The notes under the pieces: model-generated
The model's database searches: none
Told to the model about the DNA's origin: nothing
What the model saw: the letters and a program-made list of their open reading frames with translations, nothing else
Assembly: GCA_032718475.1 (NCBI GenBank)
Contig: JAUCBJ010008592.1
Coordinates: forward strand, 1-45,539
Source of the DNA: Nemertoderma westbladi
Lineage: Eukaryota; Animalia; Xenacoelomorpha
Direction of reading: 5' to 3'
DNA: 45,539 bases
Made by a program: the position numbers and the translations under genes
Part shown: positions 22,516-34,343 of the stretch, one piece after another
How positions within the stretch are numbered: the stretch's first letter is position 1
How the letters are laid out: the number at the start of each line of letters is the position of its first letter

Positions 22516-23664
22516 CTAAACTGGTAGATCAGAGAACTCGTCGTTATTTAGCATATCTTGTGGCATGGTGATAATTGGAGCGACGTTATATGTAGGCACG
22601 GCCTCGCAACTGTTCACGATAATTATTGGCATAGTTCGCAATATCGAGACGCCGTGTCTGTCCGTGTGGTTCTCTATCTCGTGGCTGACGTCACTCGTGT
22701 CAGCGACGTCGTCGTTGCCACTTATCAACTCGAGCAAGGGGCTGGCGTCGCCCTCGCTGGATGAGTCTGCCTCTATCCTGACACTAATTACCTTCTGGGC
22801 GACGCAGCCCCTCTGGTTGTGGAACAAAGTCTCCGACGCGTGGTGCTGCCGGTATATCTGGGGCTTCAGACTCGGCATCGAGTTGCTCACCGAGTTCCTA
22901 ACGAGTCTGTTGTGACGCGGGAAGTAGTAAGAAGGGGTGCCTGTGTGCACGCTGGGAGACTGTACATATTGAGGGGAGACACGTTGTTTGTTCTGTAGAG
23001 CTTTCGGTTTGCTTCTCGTCGTAGCTTCTGGGATTATACATGTAGATATTGTGCAGAGCATCTGATTGGCGGAAGTAATTCCATAGATTCCTTGACGTCG
23101 TCGTTCTTCTTTGTCTCGTTGGCGTCTTAACTCCTCTAGATGGCGCCTCAATGCTTCGTCGTATATATCGTGTTTTCTCTCGGATTTGGGTCCGAGGAGG
23201 CCGCCTTCTGGGTCCCGAGTGTTCTGCTGCACGACGCAGGCACACAGAATGACGAAAAAGCCCACGCCCATGATGACAGGGCCCGCGTACCTGAGTTTCA
23301 TGAGGTGATGATGCATGATGTAGCGGGTATCGTCAACTTCCGGGAGGGATCCGTTGTAGTTATGGGCTGTGATCTCTTCCGGGGTTAAACCCGCCACCTC
23401 GGCTGCGTGGTAGCCGATCACGCATAGCACCATTCCGATTAGGAAGATTATTAAACCAGCGAGCAGACAGTAACACGATTGTGGATGGAACACGACCTCA
23501 GCTCGCACAGTGGCACCCTTCCTCCCCTTTTTGTAGCTCGGTCCGTGTTCCCTCTGATGCTTCGGCCTCAACTCGTCTCGTCTTCTTCTATTGTCCAGTT
23601 TTTGCTTCCTGAGTCGACGTTCTTCTTTAGTTCCTGTCCGCGTGATTCTCCCAGCGACGTGCAT
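22516..23664 (-). CDS. TMEM200: TMEM200-family (DUF2371-like) two-TM protein, copy 1, 382 aa, single coding exon
   Basis: Basic N-terminus, VRAEV..SCYCLLAGLIIFLIGMVLCVIGY and LRYAGPVIMGVGFFVILCACVVQQNTRD match the TMEM200 pattern (..LGPxxMGIGIFIFICANAxLHENRD); low-complexity tail. Confidence 0.85.
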   Translation of the reverse strand: MHVAGRITRTGTKEERRLRKQKLDNRRRRDELRPKHQREHGPSYKKGRKGATVRAEVVFHPQSCYCLLAGLIIFLIGMVLCVIGYHAAEVAGLTPEEITAHNYNGSLPEVDDTRYIMHHHLMKLRYAGPVIMGVGFFVILCACVVQQNTRDPEGGLLGPKSERKHDIYDEALRRHLEELRRQRDKEERRRQGIYGITSANQMLCTISTCIIPEATTRSKPKALQNKQRVSPQYVQSPSVHTGTPSYYFPRHNRLVRNSVSNSMPSLKPQIYRQHHASETLFHNQRGCVAQKVISVRIEADSSSEGDASPLLELISGNDDVADTSDVSHEIENHTDRHGVSILRTMPIIIVNSCEAVPTYNVAPIITMPQDMLNNDEFSDLPV

Positions 23665-23708
23665 TATTTGAGTTTGTGAGTTCCACGTTTGCTATCCGCA
23701 TGAATTTT

Positions 23709-23730
23709 CTAAAAAAATTAAATAAAACTT
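23709..23730 (-). promoter_or_regulatory. Putative 3' splice acceptor 44 nt upstream of the TMEM200-like ATG (equivalent site at 27076-27097 in copy 2)
   Basis: Minus strand GTTTTATTTAATTTTTTTAG|AAAATTCATGCGG...ATAATG. Confidence 0.6.
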
Positions 23731-23894
23731 ATCACATTTTATACCCATGTAAAGATCGCATGAATGGAGAAGGACTTACAAAAGGATTCCAAATCTGTAA
23801 AAACATTTGAATTTCAAGGGATCCTGTTCAGAGATCCTGTTCTCCACACCTCAGCAGGGATTTCATCTATCTAATCTACTCGCTTTATGGTTAG

Positions 23895-26800
23895 AAAATT
23901 CGACCTTTAAGGGTCAAAAGTCAAACTTCGTAAATTTTGGAAAAATCACGCTTTTTTTCATTCGTACTCAATTATCTCACAGAAAATCAAATACAAATCC
24001 TGAAATATAGTGTGGGTTTTTTCTAGCTATATAAATGATGCACCTTCTATCAAATTTTCAGATTTCAAAAATTGGCCATTTTGAAGTGAATCCTTTTTTC
24101 CCAGAAAATTTGTCAAAAGATCGCTATTTTTCAATATAGCGTAGCCCCTAGCTCCTAGTCTATTAGGCATATGGTATTGAAACTTATAACACAAACGTCC
24201 AGATAGTGTGGGCATGTTCTCCGAAAATTTAAACCAAAAGGGATTTAGTGGTCGGCTATGGGCAAGTCGTAAACATTACGGCCCCGCTTTCGGCCAATTT
24301 GAGCCAATTTCGTAAGCGCTCTAGCTCTGTTACTATATCAAATCAATCGAGAGATCAATGAGTAATCAATAGAGGGAAGGAAGGTGGCGCTAACTTCTCA
24401 ATATTTCAGATCCGGACCTCCATCAATTTTAAGGGGGGGGGGGGGGGGGCAAAAAGGGGGAAATCACAAAATCGTAAAGATACAACTTCGGGGAAATTTC
24501 ATTTTCTAAAAATTGTAAGCTTAACTTTTATTTAAGCTTTAATATGTTTTAGTACTACTCAATAGCTATTTACTGTACTTTGAACATTATGCTTAAAAAT
24601 CTATTTTTCTGGGAGTAAATTGATGGCGGAAATTTTTGTCCGCCAAAAATTCCGTATTTAAAAAAAACGTAAATTTTCGGAAGTCAATATCTCGAGATCC
24701 GTTTGTTTGAGGGTTCCAAAAAAAATCTACAAATCTTCTATACATTGTTTTATAAAAAAAAATAATCTTGAGGGGCCATAGGGGGGACAAACTTTTTTTA
24801 AAAAATGCCTTTTTTTACTAAATTTGCCATAAATTGGCCAAAAGAGGTTTTTATCGAAAATGGTCCAATTACTTATTAAACCATTTATTCTTGCGCAACT
24901 ATTCACCAAATTTCAGCGTATTTTATTTTTGGCCAAAAATCACGGGATTTCCCTTACGAGATTTGTCAATTTTTGGTGATATGCTCAAAAAAAACATTTT
25001 TGCCCGAAAACACTTTTTCTGGTAAATATTGATGCGCTGATTCCAAATTTCGAAACCGTTTTCGATTACAATCAATAGAAACAAAATTAGAGCATTTTCA
25101 ATTGTGTAATAATTTCAAATATGACAAAAAAATCTCAAAAAAAATATCAAAAAATTGCAAATCTTATTGTATCAACTTGTATTTGGTATTAGTAGATGAC
25201 TACTACACGTATTTTAAGATGTTTTAGGTTTATTATGATGGAATTGTACTTATACATAAGATGTCAGAAGCTCTTACTGTAACACTCCCGTCATGTCATT
25301 TGGCATAACCTGCCTATTCCCTATATCTACGTTCCTCTTATATCCTCTCTCTCTCTCTCCCTACTAGTTCGTTTTTATAAGATTTTGTAGTTGTAGTTCT
25401 AATTAATCCTAATTCTAGGAATTTTCTGAAATGAAATGGAAAGGCAAGCGGAAATCTTTCGAAATGGATGAATGTTTTTTTAATTAATGAATGTTGAAAT
25501 TTAAGTAAAATTTGTAAATTCTATAATTTTGTAGATTTATACGATATTATTAGTGAATACATAATTTGTAGGAGGAGGTTGATCACGATATTAGCAAATC
25601 GTTGAATATCCGGCCTATCTATAAGTGAATATCACAAATAAATCAGCTGTCCAATTCCATTCATACAGCGGTAATGCACATATAAGATAATTCGATAATA
25701 TTTAAATTTTGTAAACGGTACAATTCATAATTTATTCCGTTATTTGTTTTAAAACGTATATATTTTTATTTATTAGTATAAACTATAAAGACAATAAACG
25801 TACCTATATAATATATAATAAAAGTATCTACTTTTTACTGCAAAATTTAAAATATAGTTAATCCAAGTGCCAAATACTACTACTAAACTGGTAGATCAGA
25901 GAACTCGTCGTTATTTAGCATATCTTGTGGCATGGTGATAATTGGAGCGACGTTATATGTAGGCACGGCCTCGCAACTGTTCACGATAATTATTGGCATA
26001 GTTCGCAATATCGAGACGCCGTGTCTGTCCGTGTGGTTCTCTATCTCGTGGCTGACGTCACTCGTGTCAGCGACGTCGTCGTTGCCACTTATCAACTCGA
26101 GCAAGGGGCTGGCGTCGCCCTCGCTGGATGAGTCTGCCTCTATCCTGACACTAATTACCTTCTGGGCGACGCAGCCCCTCTGGTTGTGGAACAAAGTCTC
26201 CGACGCGTGGTGCTGCCGGTATATCTGGGGCTTCAGACTCGGCATCGAGTTGCTCACCGAGTTCCTAACGAGTCTGTTGTGACGCGGGAAGTAGTAAGAA
26301 GGGGTGCCTGTGTGCACGCTGGGAGACTGTACATATTGAGGGGAGACACGTTGTTTGTTCTGTAGAGCTTTCGGTTTGCTTCTCGTCGTAGCTTCTGGGA
26401 TTATACATGTAGATATTGTGCAGAGCATCTGATTGGCGGAAGTAATTCCATAGATTCCTTGACGTCGTCGTTCTTCTTTGTCTCGTTGGCGTCTTAACTC
26501 CTCTAGATGGCGCCTCAATGCTTCGTCGTATATATCGTGTTTTCTCTCGGATTTGGGGCCGAGGAGGCCGCCTTCTGGGTCCCGAGTGTTCTGCTGCACG
26601 ACGCAGGCACACAGAATGACGAAAAAGCCCACGCCCATGATGACAGGGCCCGCGTACCTGAGTTTCATGAGGTGATGATGCATGATGTAGCGGGTATCGT
26701 CAACTTCCGGGAGGGATCCGTTGTAGTTATGGGCTGTGATCTCTTCCGGGGTTAAACCCGCCACCTCGGCTGCGTGGTAGCCGATCACGCATAGCACCAT

Positions 26801-27270
26801 TCCAATTAGGAAGATTATTAAACCAGCGAGCAGACAGTAACACGATTGTGGATGGAACACGACCTCAGCTCGCACAGTGGCACCCTTCCTCCCCTTTTTG
26901 TAGCTCGGTCCGTGTTCCCTCTGATGCTTCGGCCTCAACTCGTCTCGTCTTCTTCTATTGTCCAGTTTTTGCTTCCTGAGTCGACGTTCTTCTTTAGTTC
27001 CTGTCCGCGTGATTCTCCCAGCGACGTGCATTATTTGAGTTTGTGAGTTCCACGTTTGCTATCCGCATGAATTTTCTAAAAAAATTAAATAAAACTTATC
27101 ACATTTTATACCCATGTAAAGATCGCATGAATGGAGAAGGACTTAGAAAAGGATTCCAAATCTGTAAAAACATTTGAATTTCAAGGCCGGTACGGTCTGT
27201 TCAGAGATCCTGTTCTCCCACACCTCAGCAGGGATTTCATCTATCTAATCTACTCGCTTTATGGTTAGAA
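23895..27270. repeat. Tandem segmental duplication, copy 2 (~3.38 kb)
   Basis: Collinear with copy 1; lacks the 451-bp MITE and a ~25-bp segment found at ~20878-20901. Confidence 0.95.
25883..27031 (-). CDS. TMEM200: TMEM200-family protein, copy 2, identical amino-acid sequence
   Basis: ORF track translation identical to copy 1; two synonymous differences noticed (23191 T vs 26558 G; Ile ATC/ATT near 23437/26804). Confidence 0.85.
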   Translation of the reverse strand: MHVAGRITRTGTKEERRLRKQKLDNRRRRDELRPKHQREHGPSYKKGRKGATVRAEVVFHPQSCYCLLAGLIIFLIGMVLCVIGYHAAEVAGLTPEEITAHNYNGSLPEVDDTRYIMHHHLMKLRYAGPVIMGVGFFVILCACVVQQNTRDPEGGLLGPKSERKHDIYDEALRRHLEELRRQRDKEERRRQGIYGITSANQMLCTISTCIIPEATTRSKPKALQNKQRVSPQYVQSPSVHTGTPSYYFPRHNRLVRNSVSNSMPSLKPQIYRQHHASETLFHNQRGCVAQKVISVRIEADSSSEGDASPLLELISGNDDVADTSDVSHEIENHTDRHGVSILRTMPIIIVNSCEAVPTYNVAPIITMPQDMLNNDEFSDLPV

Positions 27271-29138
27271 ATGCTTCTAATACTTCTCTAGAGTTCGGCA
27301 TGTCCAGGTGTAAAGTCCATGTTTCTATTGAAAATTTTAGGATGTTTCGAGACCGGACTGTCAAATGCTACAGGATGGAGTATGGATGAGTTCATGGCAC
27401 TATAGAGGATCTTATTTGGCTCCGCCTCAAGTTTCTCTGTAATTTTATGCGGAATTATTTCACACTGTCCGCTAACACATCAGCTACAGAAAAGAACTCA
27501 AGGTAGCCAGACAAAACCAGCTCGGTCGCACCACCGGAGGTAAATGTCTAGCCAAATCTCCTATGGATATAAATTCCGTTTTAATGCCATATTTACTTTT
27601 TCATACAGTCGAGTCGAGTCGATAATGAATAATATAAATTACTTATTACACGGCTTCACTTACGTAAAATTTCATGGTACTTTATTTAAGTAATAAATAA
27701 TACTTATTTTAATGATTTGTCATCAATGATGGGATAGAAATAAACCTATTCTAAAAGTAAATGAATTAATAAAGCCAATATGATAATCACATGATGGATG
27801 ATGCCCTAAACAAATAATGCTTCATGAGACATATTCACTGGATGTTTAATATTTCTAGACACACGAGTGCAATGCTCAATGCATGGGGAAAGAAATATTA
27901 AACAAGCCAGATATCTGTCTATATTATATTCCTGAACAAGAAACCAATTAAGGGTGCCGCCTTAGGATACCTTAGAATTCGATACTTTCAGCCGGGGGCT
28001 AGGACGTGACTATGATATTATTGCCGCCCAAATCCCCTGTCCTTCCATAAAAACTGCAGTATCGATTAGCCTTGGGAAGTTTATTAGCGGGAAAAATCAC
28101 TGAAGTTGAAGGAGAATAGGGATGGAATTTCGACGGCATTCTATTATTACGGTGTGATAAAAACAATAGTAATGGCGATGGAATCTTACTGCGCAATACC
28201 ACTGTTTGATTATTCTCCCGGGAATGTCGCCACCGAAATTGATGGCCGCGAGAAAAATTCTCTCGGTTCATCTTCTCGGCACAAAACCTCTCTATCATCG
28301 CCGCAGGATGATCATGGACAGAATATCCCGAAATTAGAATGCAACCTTGTGTAATCAGTTCTCCCTTTATGAAAACGTTGACCCTGTGGGCGTGTGCGCT
28401 ATCCTCATAGTAAATTCGGAGTGGTTCGGGCCACCAGAAATTAGAGTTGTAAGGGGGTAAGAAGGTTAACGGCTCTATATCTCATCACTATTTCTGGGTA
28501 TAAGGGAAACTGGGTATACTGGGTGATAATCCTTCCCTTAGGCTTTCTTCCCTAGCTAACTTAATAATATAATGCCAGCGAAATTGTGAGACAGTAGTAA
28601 TACTATAAGAATATACAGTACATTCATAGGAAGCTTGGCAAAGAAAAGTACAACTGCCCGGTAGATATACAGTATCTTATTACCGCGGCCGCTGTGTGAT
28701 GGATGTTGAAGATAGAATCCTCATTTTACAGATCTAATTATTTCCAGGATCAGGTGATATCAAGATATCAGCAGGTTCCAGGCATGGGAGCCAAGATATG
28801 GAGGAGTGCGAGGGGGGGTGGTCGCTGATATAAAATACTTTGTCCAATATATATATGCCTTATACAGTATAATAATCTGATACATAATAGTAAATAGACG
28901 ATAGTTGGTAGATGGTAGGATATAATAGGTTTTGGAGTTTTAATAGGCCTGTGTAGTCGTATTGAATTTAGTTATACTATAGATATGAAGCGCCATTTGT
29001 TCTAATGGACTTTAGTTTAGTTATAAATTAAAAGGTACTTTAGTTTAAAATCGAACGTCTGGAGTTCTAAACACAAGGCGATAATGGAGAATATGATTGG
29101 AAGAGACGGGGCAAATCGCAATTTTAATTATTGGTTAA

Positions 29139-29438
29139 AGCCCCGTTCACATCCAACGGTGCGTGAGCGGTAAAGTAGTCTGGCGGTATTGAATCGGTAA
29201 GCCAGCGGTACACTACCCGGAGCCCGTTCACACCCAACGGTACCGTTGCGGTAACTGATTGCCTATCTGTCGACTAAGATAAGGAAATTACGTTAATTGT
29301 TTTAACATTGTTTAAATGGGCTGCGGAAAACCGCGATTTAGCGCAGAACTACCTGTTGGGTCGTTCACAGTCAGCGGTGTACCGCTGGCCCTGCGGTACA
29401 CCGCGCGGTGTACCGTTCCGTTGGATGTGAACGGGCCT
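29139..29438. mobile_element. PIF/Harbinger-type MITE (~300 bp)
   Basis: TIRs AG(C/G)CCCGTTCACATCCAACGG, TWA flanks, internal TIR-like copy at 29221 and palindrome CGGTACACCGCGCGGTGTACCG. Confidence 0.8.
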
Positions 29439-30973
29439 TTAGGTCGCCAATACTGCGCAACTTGAAACCTGCCGTAATGAACAGGTAGGGTTATCGTAGA
29501 GTTACATAAATTGGAATAAATACTGTTGTGTATTTAGATAGTGATCTCTAGCGCAAATTGGTCGCAAATGTTATAGAGTTTTGTTTATTGTTTTGGTTAG
29601 AAAACACAGCCACTGCAACATACTCCCTTCCCATAATGTCATAAATTTTATCAAGTTTTTAAACCCACTAAACATTATTTGGAGTTTGCGGTTAATTAAC
29701 GTCATTAACTCTCTGTGGTACAGTATATGAAGCGCCCATAGTATAGTAGACAGAAACGAATATTCTCAAAATCTAACCTAAAAAAGAGTGGGACAGAGGG
29801 ATTATTATTAGACGAAGTATTCAATCGTATCTGGATGGACAGCAGATTGGCAGACACCATCCAAATGATAACTTTAGAACTACTTTCATTTTTCAGACAA
29901 TATAATATTGGGTATGGGAAATGCATATGTATCTATGTTTGATGAACTAGCCACGCAACATGAAAAATGTGTTGTGTGTTACCTACATCATATATATATA
30001 TCATTATACTGTATAACTAAGAGCCACACCTTGGGGAAAGGTATGGCCATTTGTCAACAAGTTGATGTATCGTACATATGTATGATTTATATATTATATA
30101 TGCATTAATGCACCTATAATACCGCAATCTATATAAATATACTTTTACTTGAATCGTCTCACTACCAAATGCTGAAGGAATGTATTACAATTTGTTTATG
30201 TAAATCCACGGTACCCAACTAAGCCTTACACACAAGGTATTTTTTCATTTGTTCCATTAAACTGGGCGTAACCAACATCTTTACCGTAGTAAGCGTTGAT
30301 CTTAATTAATGGCGAGGATTAAGGGATACATACAGCTGTAGTTGGGAAGGCTGTGTGACAGAATATTCATAACAAAATCTCCGCACCAAAAAAATTTCAG
30401 CTGATAAAATGCCAAATAACCATGGCGGCCGGCGGTTTAGAACATAACAACTGATTCGCATTGCGTAATCAGTCCAGGAGCAGTTGTTGCTATATTAAAT
30501 ATTAATAATTCTTCTGACGGAGTGACGGGGAATTCTGTAAATATGATGTAAGATAACATGGCGAGAGTTGGTGTGTTTGCTAAGGAAATAGCATTTTCTT
30601 TATTTCCGTTAGCCACTGTAGGGAACATAATTTGTTTGTTTTTTTTTCTAATCAGTTGAGGCATCCGACCAACTTATTGCGTAAGTCTAAAGATTGTTAT
30701 CTACTTAATTAATATAACGTCGTTTACAAAACCGAGTATACTCAGTTTCCTCAGAAACATGTAATATATTTGGTAAATGTAGGAAACAGGATATTTACTG
30801 TCAGTAAAATTCGACCGATTGTCAATCAAGTTGTGGCTGCTTGATAGGATTATTATATTAAAACAAATTTTAGTTCGAAACATTTTTTCACGCTGTAGCC
30901 TTATCTATTCTTTCTTTATACACTTTAAATCTCTTTCATCCTTTTAGATTAGAATCAGTATTTATACTAATTA

Positions 30974-31871
30974 CACCATGTCCCGTAACGGACCCCCCCC
31001 CCCCCCCCCCCCTAGATTTTTCTACAAATCTTTATCATATTGCTTGAAATTTGAAACACAACTAGTTCCACTCACCGTCGATGACCCCACGAAGCCGGAA
31101 TTTTCGATTTTGCCTTTAAATTTTCTTTATAAGCGTTTTAAAAAAGTGTCTTTTGCGAAATCGCACCCTCCGTATCTTGGCCATTCTTCACATTGGTCAT
31201 AATCATTTATCTTATTATTATCGTTTCATATCATTAAAAAGCTTGCGTTGCAAGGATTCCAAATATGTAACAATATCTGCATTTCGTTAAGAAACAGCTG
31301 AGATATAGGCGTTCAAAGATTGCAAGAATTATCGTTCGCTGAAGGCCATTTATTATATTTAATAAATAAACGATGTTCTGGAACATTTTCTTTATGAATG
31401 ATTAGCTACGTAATTGGATAGGATTACCGCTGTTGCCAACCAACTCGTAAAATAAATAACACGTTCTAGAATTTAGTGTATTTATTAGATAGAATAAATG
31501 GCCTGCAGAGAACAATAATTCTTGCAATCTTTGAACGCCTATATCTCAGCTGTTTCTCAACGAACTTCAGATATTGTTACATATTTGGAATCCTTGCAAC
31601 GCAAGCTGTTTAATGATATGAAAAAATTACGACTAATGTGAAGAATGGCCACGATACGGAGGGTGCGATTTCGCAAAAGACACTTTTTTAAAACGCTTAT
31701 AAAAAAAATTTAAAGACAAAATCGAAAATTCCGGCTTCGTGGGGTCATCGACGGAGAGTGGAACTAGTTATGTTTCAAATTTCAAGCATTATGATAAAGA
31801 TTTGTAGAAAAATCTGGGGGGGGGGGGGGTCCGTGTCATCAGAAAATGACACTATATTACGGGCCATGGTG
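30974..31871. mobile_element. ~900-bp foldback TIR element with TA flanks (CAC...GTG ends; EnSpm/CMC-like or Tc1-like)
   Basis: TA|CACCATGTCCCGTAA ... TTACGGGCCATGGTG|TA; arms are reverse-complementary over roughly 400 bp, including poly-C versus poly-G. Confidence 0.9.
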
Positions 31872-31959
31872 TATATAAATATAATATTATAATGTAACTT
31901 TTAAATTTATTTATCATATTAAATGTCCTGCCTCTATCGCATGCATCGCAACTTTATCA

Positions 31960-32038
31960 CCCCGCTCACATCAAACGGAACGGTACACCGCGCGGTGTAC
32001 CGCAGGGCCAGCGGTACACCGCTGACTGTGAACGACCC
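31960..32038 (-). mobile_element. Solo end of the Harbinger-type MITE at 29139-29438
   Basis: Near-exact reverse complement of ~29358-29435. Confidence 0.85.
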
Positions 32039-33085
32039 TTCGCTCGCCATACAATATATTATAATTGCACGATATCAAACTTGTATGCTATACCGGGCAT
32101 AGTCCGGGGTCTTTTCCCCTAATTTGGAATCTTATCCAACGGAGCGTTGCAAATAACTTAAGTTTATAAAAGGACAGTGTAATAATACTATATAATAATA
32201 TATAACTTGCAACAGCTCGTGAATTTAATGGCTCCTAAGGGGAGACCATTAGTTTTAGTAACAAAGTAATATAGCTGCACAACTTCTATCTATGAATAAA
32301 GCCAATGAATGTATAATATGAATTATTATGCTACCAATATTAGCCCAGTAAGAATGCTTAATCCCAAATATCCAATAGGAAGTCGTTTCCTTGTCCCCAG
32401 CTTACATCAATTGGTTGAATAATGTAACAGTACTGCCTGGTAGAAGGGGATAATTGGTTTCGAAACAGCTGATGAGTAGGTAACAATACAGATTGGGTTT
32501 GGCATTTTGCTATAGGGGTTAGATGGATAGAATGAATTTCATGGAATCGAATACAAAACTTGTGTAAAATAGATTTCAGGATTTGATATAGTATATACTG
32601 TTATATATATATAATATTACAAAAATCGTCATAAATGAAAAGTTAAAATTATTGAAGGGGGGGGGGGGGGCATCTCTGCTTCATTCCCCCCGGGCGCGAG
32701 AAGGGCTCGCTATGCCTCTGAGTGAAGCACAATGAAAGCAAAAAGATAAAACATGTTTTATCTAACTTGTCCTTTAGAATTTGGAATGCAATTTGCAACT
32801 ACAGTACAATTTTAAAAGGTTCGGAATATTTCAGAAATAACTAATTTGAAGGAGACCCTGCCCATTATGATAAATAATCACTGCTGTTGCTGTAGCATAA
32901 TGGTTAACAATAAAATATAAATTAAAATTATATTATCTTTAATTCATTTATTTATCTTGATAAATTAATTTCCTTGGGATAATTATATTTGACGGCTTCT
33001 AATACATAATAAAACGGAACCAATATCAGCAAAAAGTAAATGCTATTATTATAAATATACTGCAGTATACAATTTAGCTAACAAA

Positions 33086-33985
33086 ATGTGTGACGATTCT
33101 TTTTATGGCCATTGGTACCACAGTGAAATTACCAAAGCTCAGGCTACTGAGTTACTCGGGCAATCTTATTTACCTGAAGGAGCGTTCCTGGTGCGTAAAT
33201 GTCCAACTCAATTCGGGACTTTCTTCTTAGAAGTTCGACGATTTCAGCCCAAAAACAAATCATGGAGTATCCTTACTTACGTAATCACTAAAATTGGTTG
33301 CCATGGCTACAAGTTGGAGACTTCCCAATCACCGATGTTTGAAAAACTTAAATTGTTAATAAAATACTACAGCACCGCCTCGAACGGGTTGGAAACCCGA
33401 CTTGTTTCACCGGTGAAACCCGTTCTATGGAGTGATCCTAACCACCGCGCAATCAACAGTTACCTCTGGTACCACGGAAACATAACCCGCTACCAGGCGG
33501 AAGACCTATTGGCTCAAAAGGGTAGGTCTGTGGGTTCCTTCGTCGTACGCCTGTCATCCACTCACCCAGATTGTTATGTAATCGACGTATTGTGTTTCCT
33601 TGACGACGAATTCATCGTAAAACGTTATGTCATCAGTTTAGCATGTATAAACCGAGAGATCGTTTTCTATATGAATGAGGAACGAACATTTCATTCAATG
33701 GCAGAACTGGTTGAGTTTTATTCTAACAATTTAGAAGGTATGTTTATCCCACTGGGGGAGTGCGTGATTGGCTCTACTAAGCACGGGCCTTACGTTAACC
33801 ACCCGGGAAGCGGAAAAACCAGAGACGATGTCGCAGAAGCTCCCTCGAAGATAACGCCAACATCAACAAGGAAATGCAAGAAACCTAGGAACTCTATATT
33901 AGGGGGTTTCAGTTTTCGAGGAACCGATGATTATCATGTATTACATCCTAAACGTCACGCAGGAGTTTCTGCATCGTCACCATGA
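33086..33985 (+). CDS. Tandem-SH2 protein, 299 aa, intronless CDS, no catalytic domain
   Basis: SH2-1 WYHSEITKAQATELL..EGAFLVRKC..F..LKLLIKYYS; SH2-2 WYHGNITRYQAEDLL..GSFVVRLSS..FHSMAELVEFYS; tail with YVNH and DDYHVL; AAAATG start context and TTTAG acceptor-like site 8 nt upstream. Confidence 0.9.
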   Translation: MCDDSFYGHWYHSEITKAQATELLGQSYLPEGAFLVRKCPTQFGTFFLEVRRFQPKNKSWSILTYVITKIGCHGYKLETSQSPMFEKLKLLIKYYSTASNGLETRLVSPVKPVLWSDPNHRAINSYLWYHGNITRYQAEDLLAQKGRSVGSFVVRLSSTHPDCYVIDVLCFLDDEFIVKRYVISLACINREIVFYMNEERTFHSMAELVEFYSNNLEGMFIPLGECVIGSTKHGPYVNHPGSGKTRDDVAEAPSKITPTSTRKCKKPRNSILGGFSFRGTDDYHVLHPKRHAGVSASSP

Positions 33986-34343
33986 CTGACTCACTATTTG
34001 GTTCACAATTAATTGGGATAGCGTCCGTTATGTATATAGTATATATTTATATATTTGAAACGAAATACTTAAAGACATAATATTGCTAAAACCAACATGT
34101 TAACATAAACATGTACACTACATATTGTCTATTATTTATTGGTACGCAAACAACTTTATTGTAACGAATCATAACGTATCATTTCAAACAATATTGATAA
34201 TTAATTAATATTTAAAAGCAATTCTAGATGATCCATTTTGGAACGATCCATATGCTATATAATCCATAAAGGATCGATGGGTGGCGGCGGTAAATACAGA
34301 TGGGGGGGGGGGGGGACTCTTGCGCAATCAAAATTAATCAATC

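Larger units (their letters stand above)
20042..23897. repeat. Tandem segmental duplication, copy 1 (~3.86 kb)
   Basis: Begins AAAATTCGACCTTTAAGGGTC, ends CTTTATGGTTAGAAA; collinear with 23895-27270. Confidence 0.95.

Noticed and set aside
22558-23679. Antisense and alternate-frame ORFs over TMEM200 (mirrored in copy 2)
   Set aside because: Shadow ORFs of a GC-richer CDS with no independent support.
27948-28545. Possible TTAA-flanked element and ORFs 27999-28354
   Set aside because: No convincing matching termini or protein motifs.
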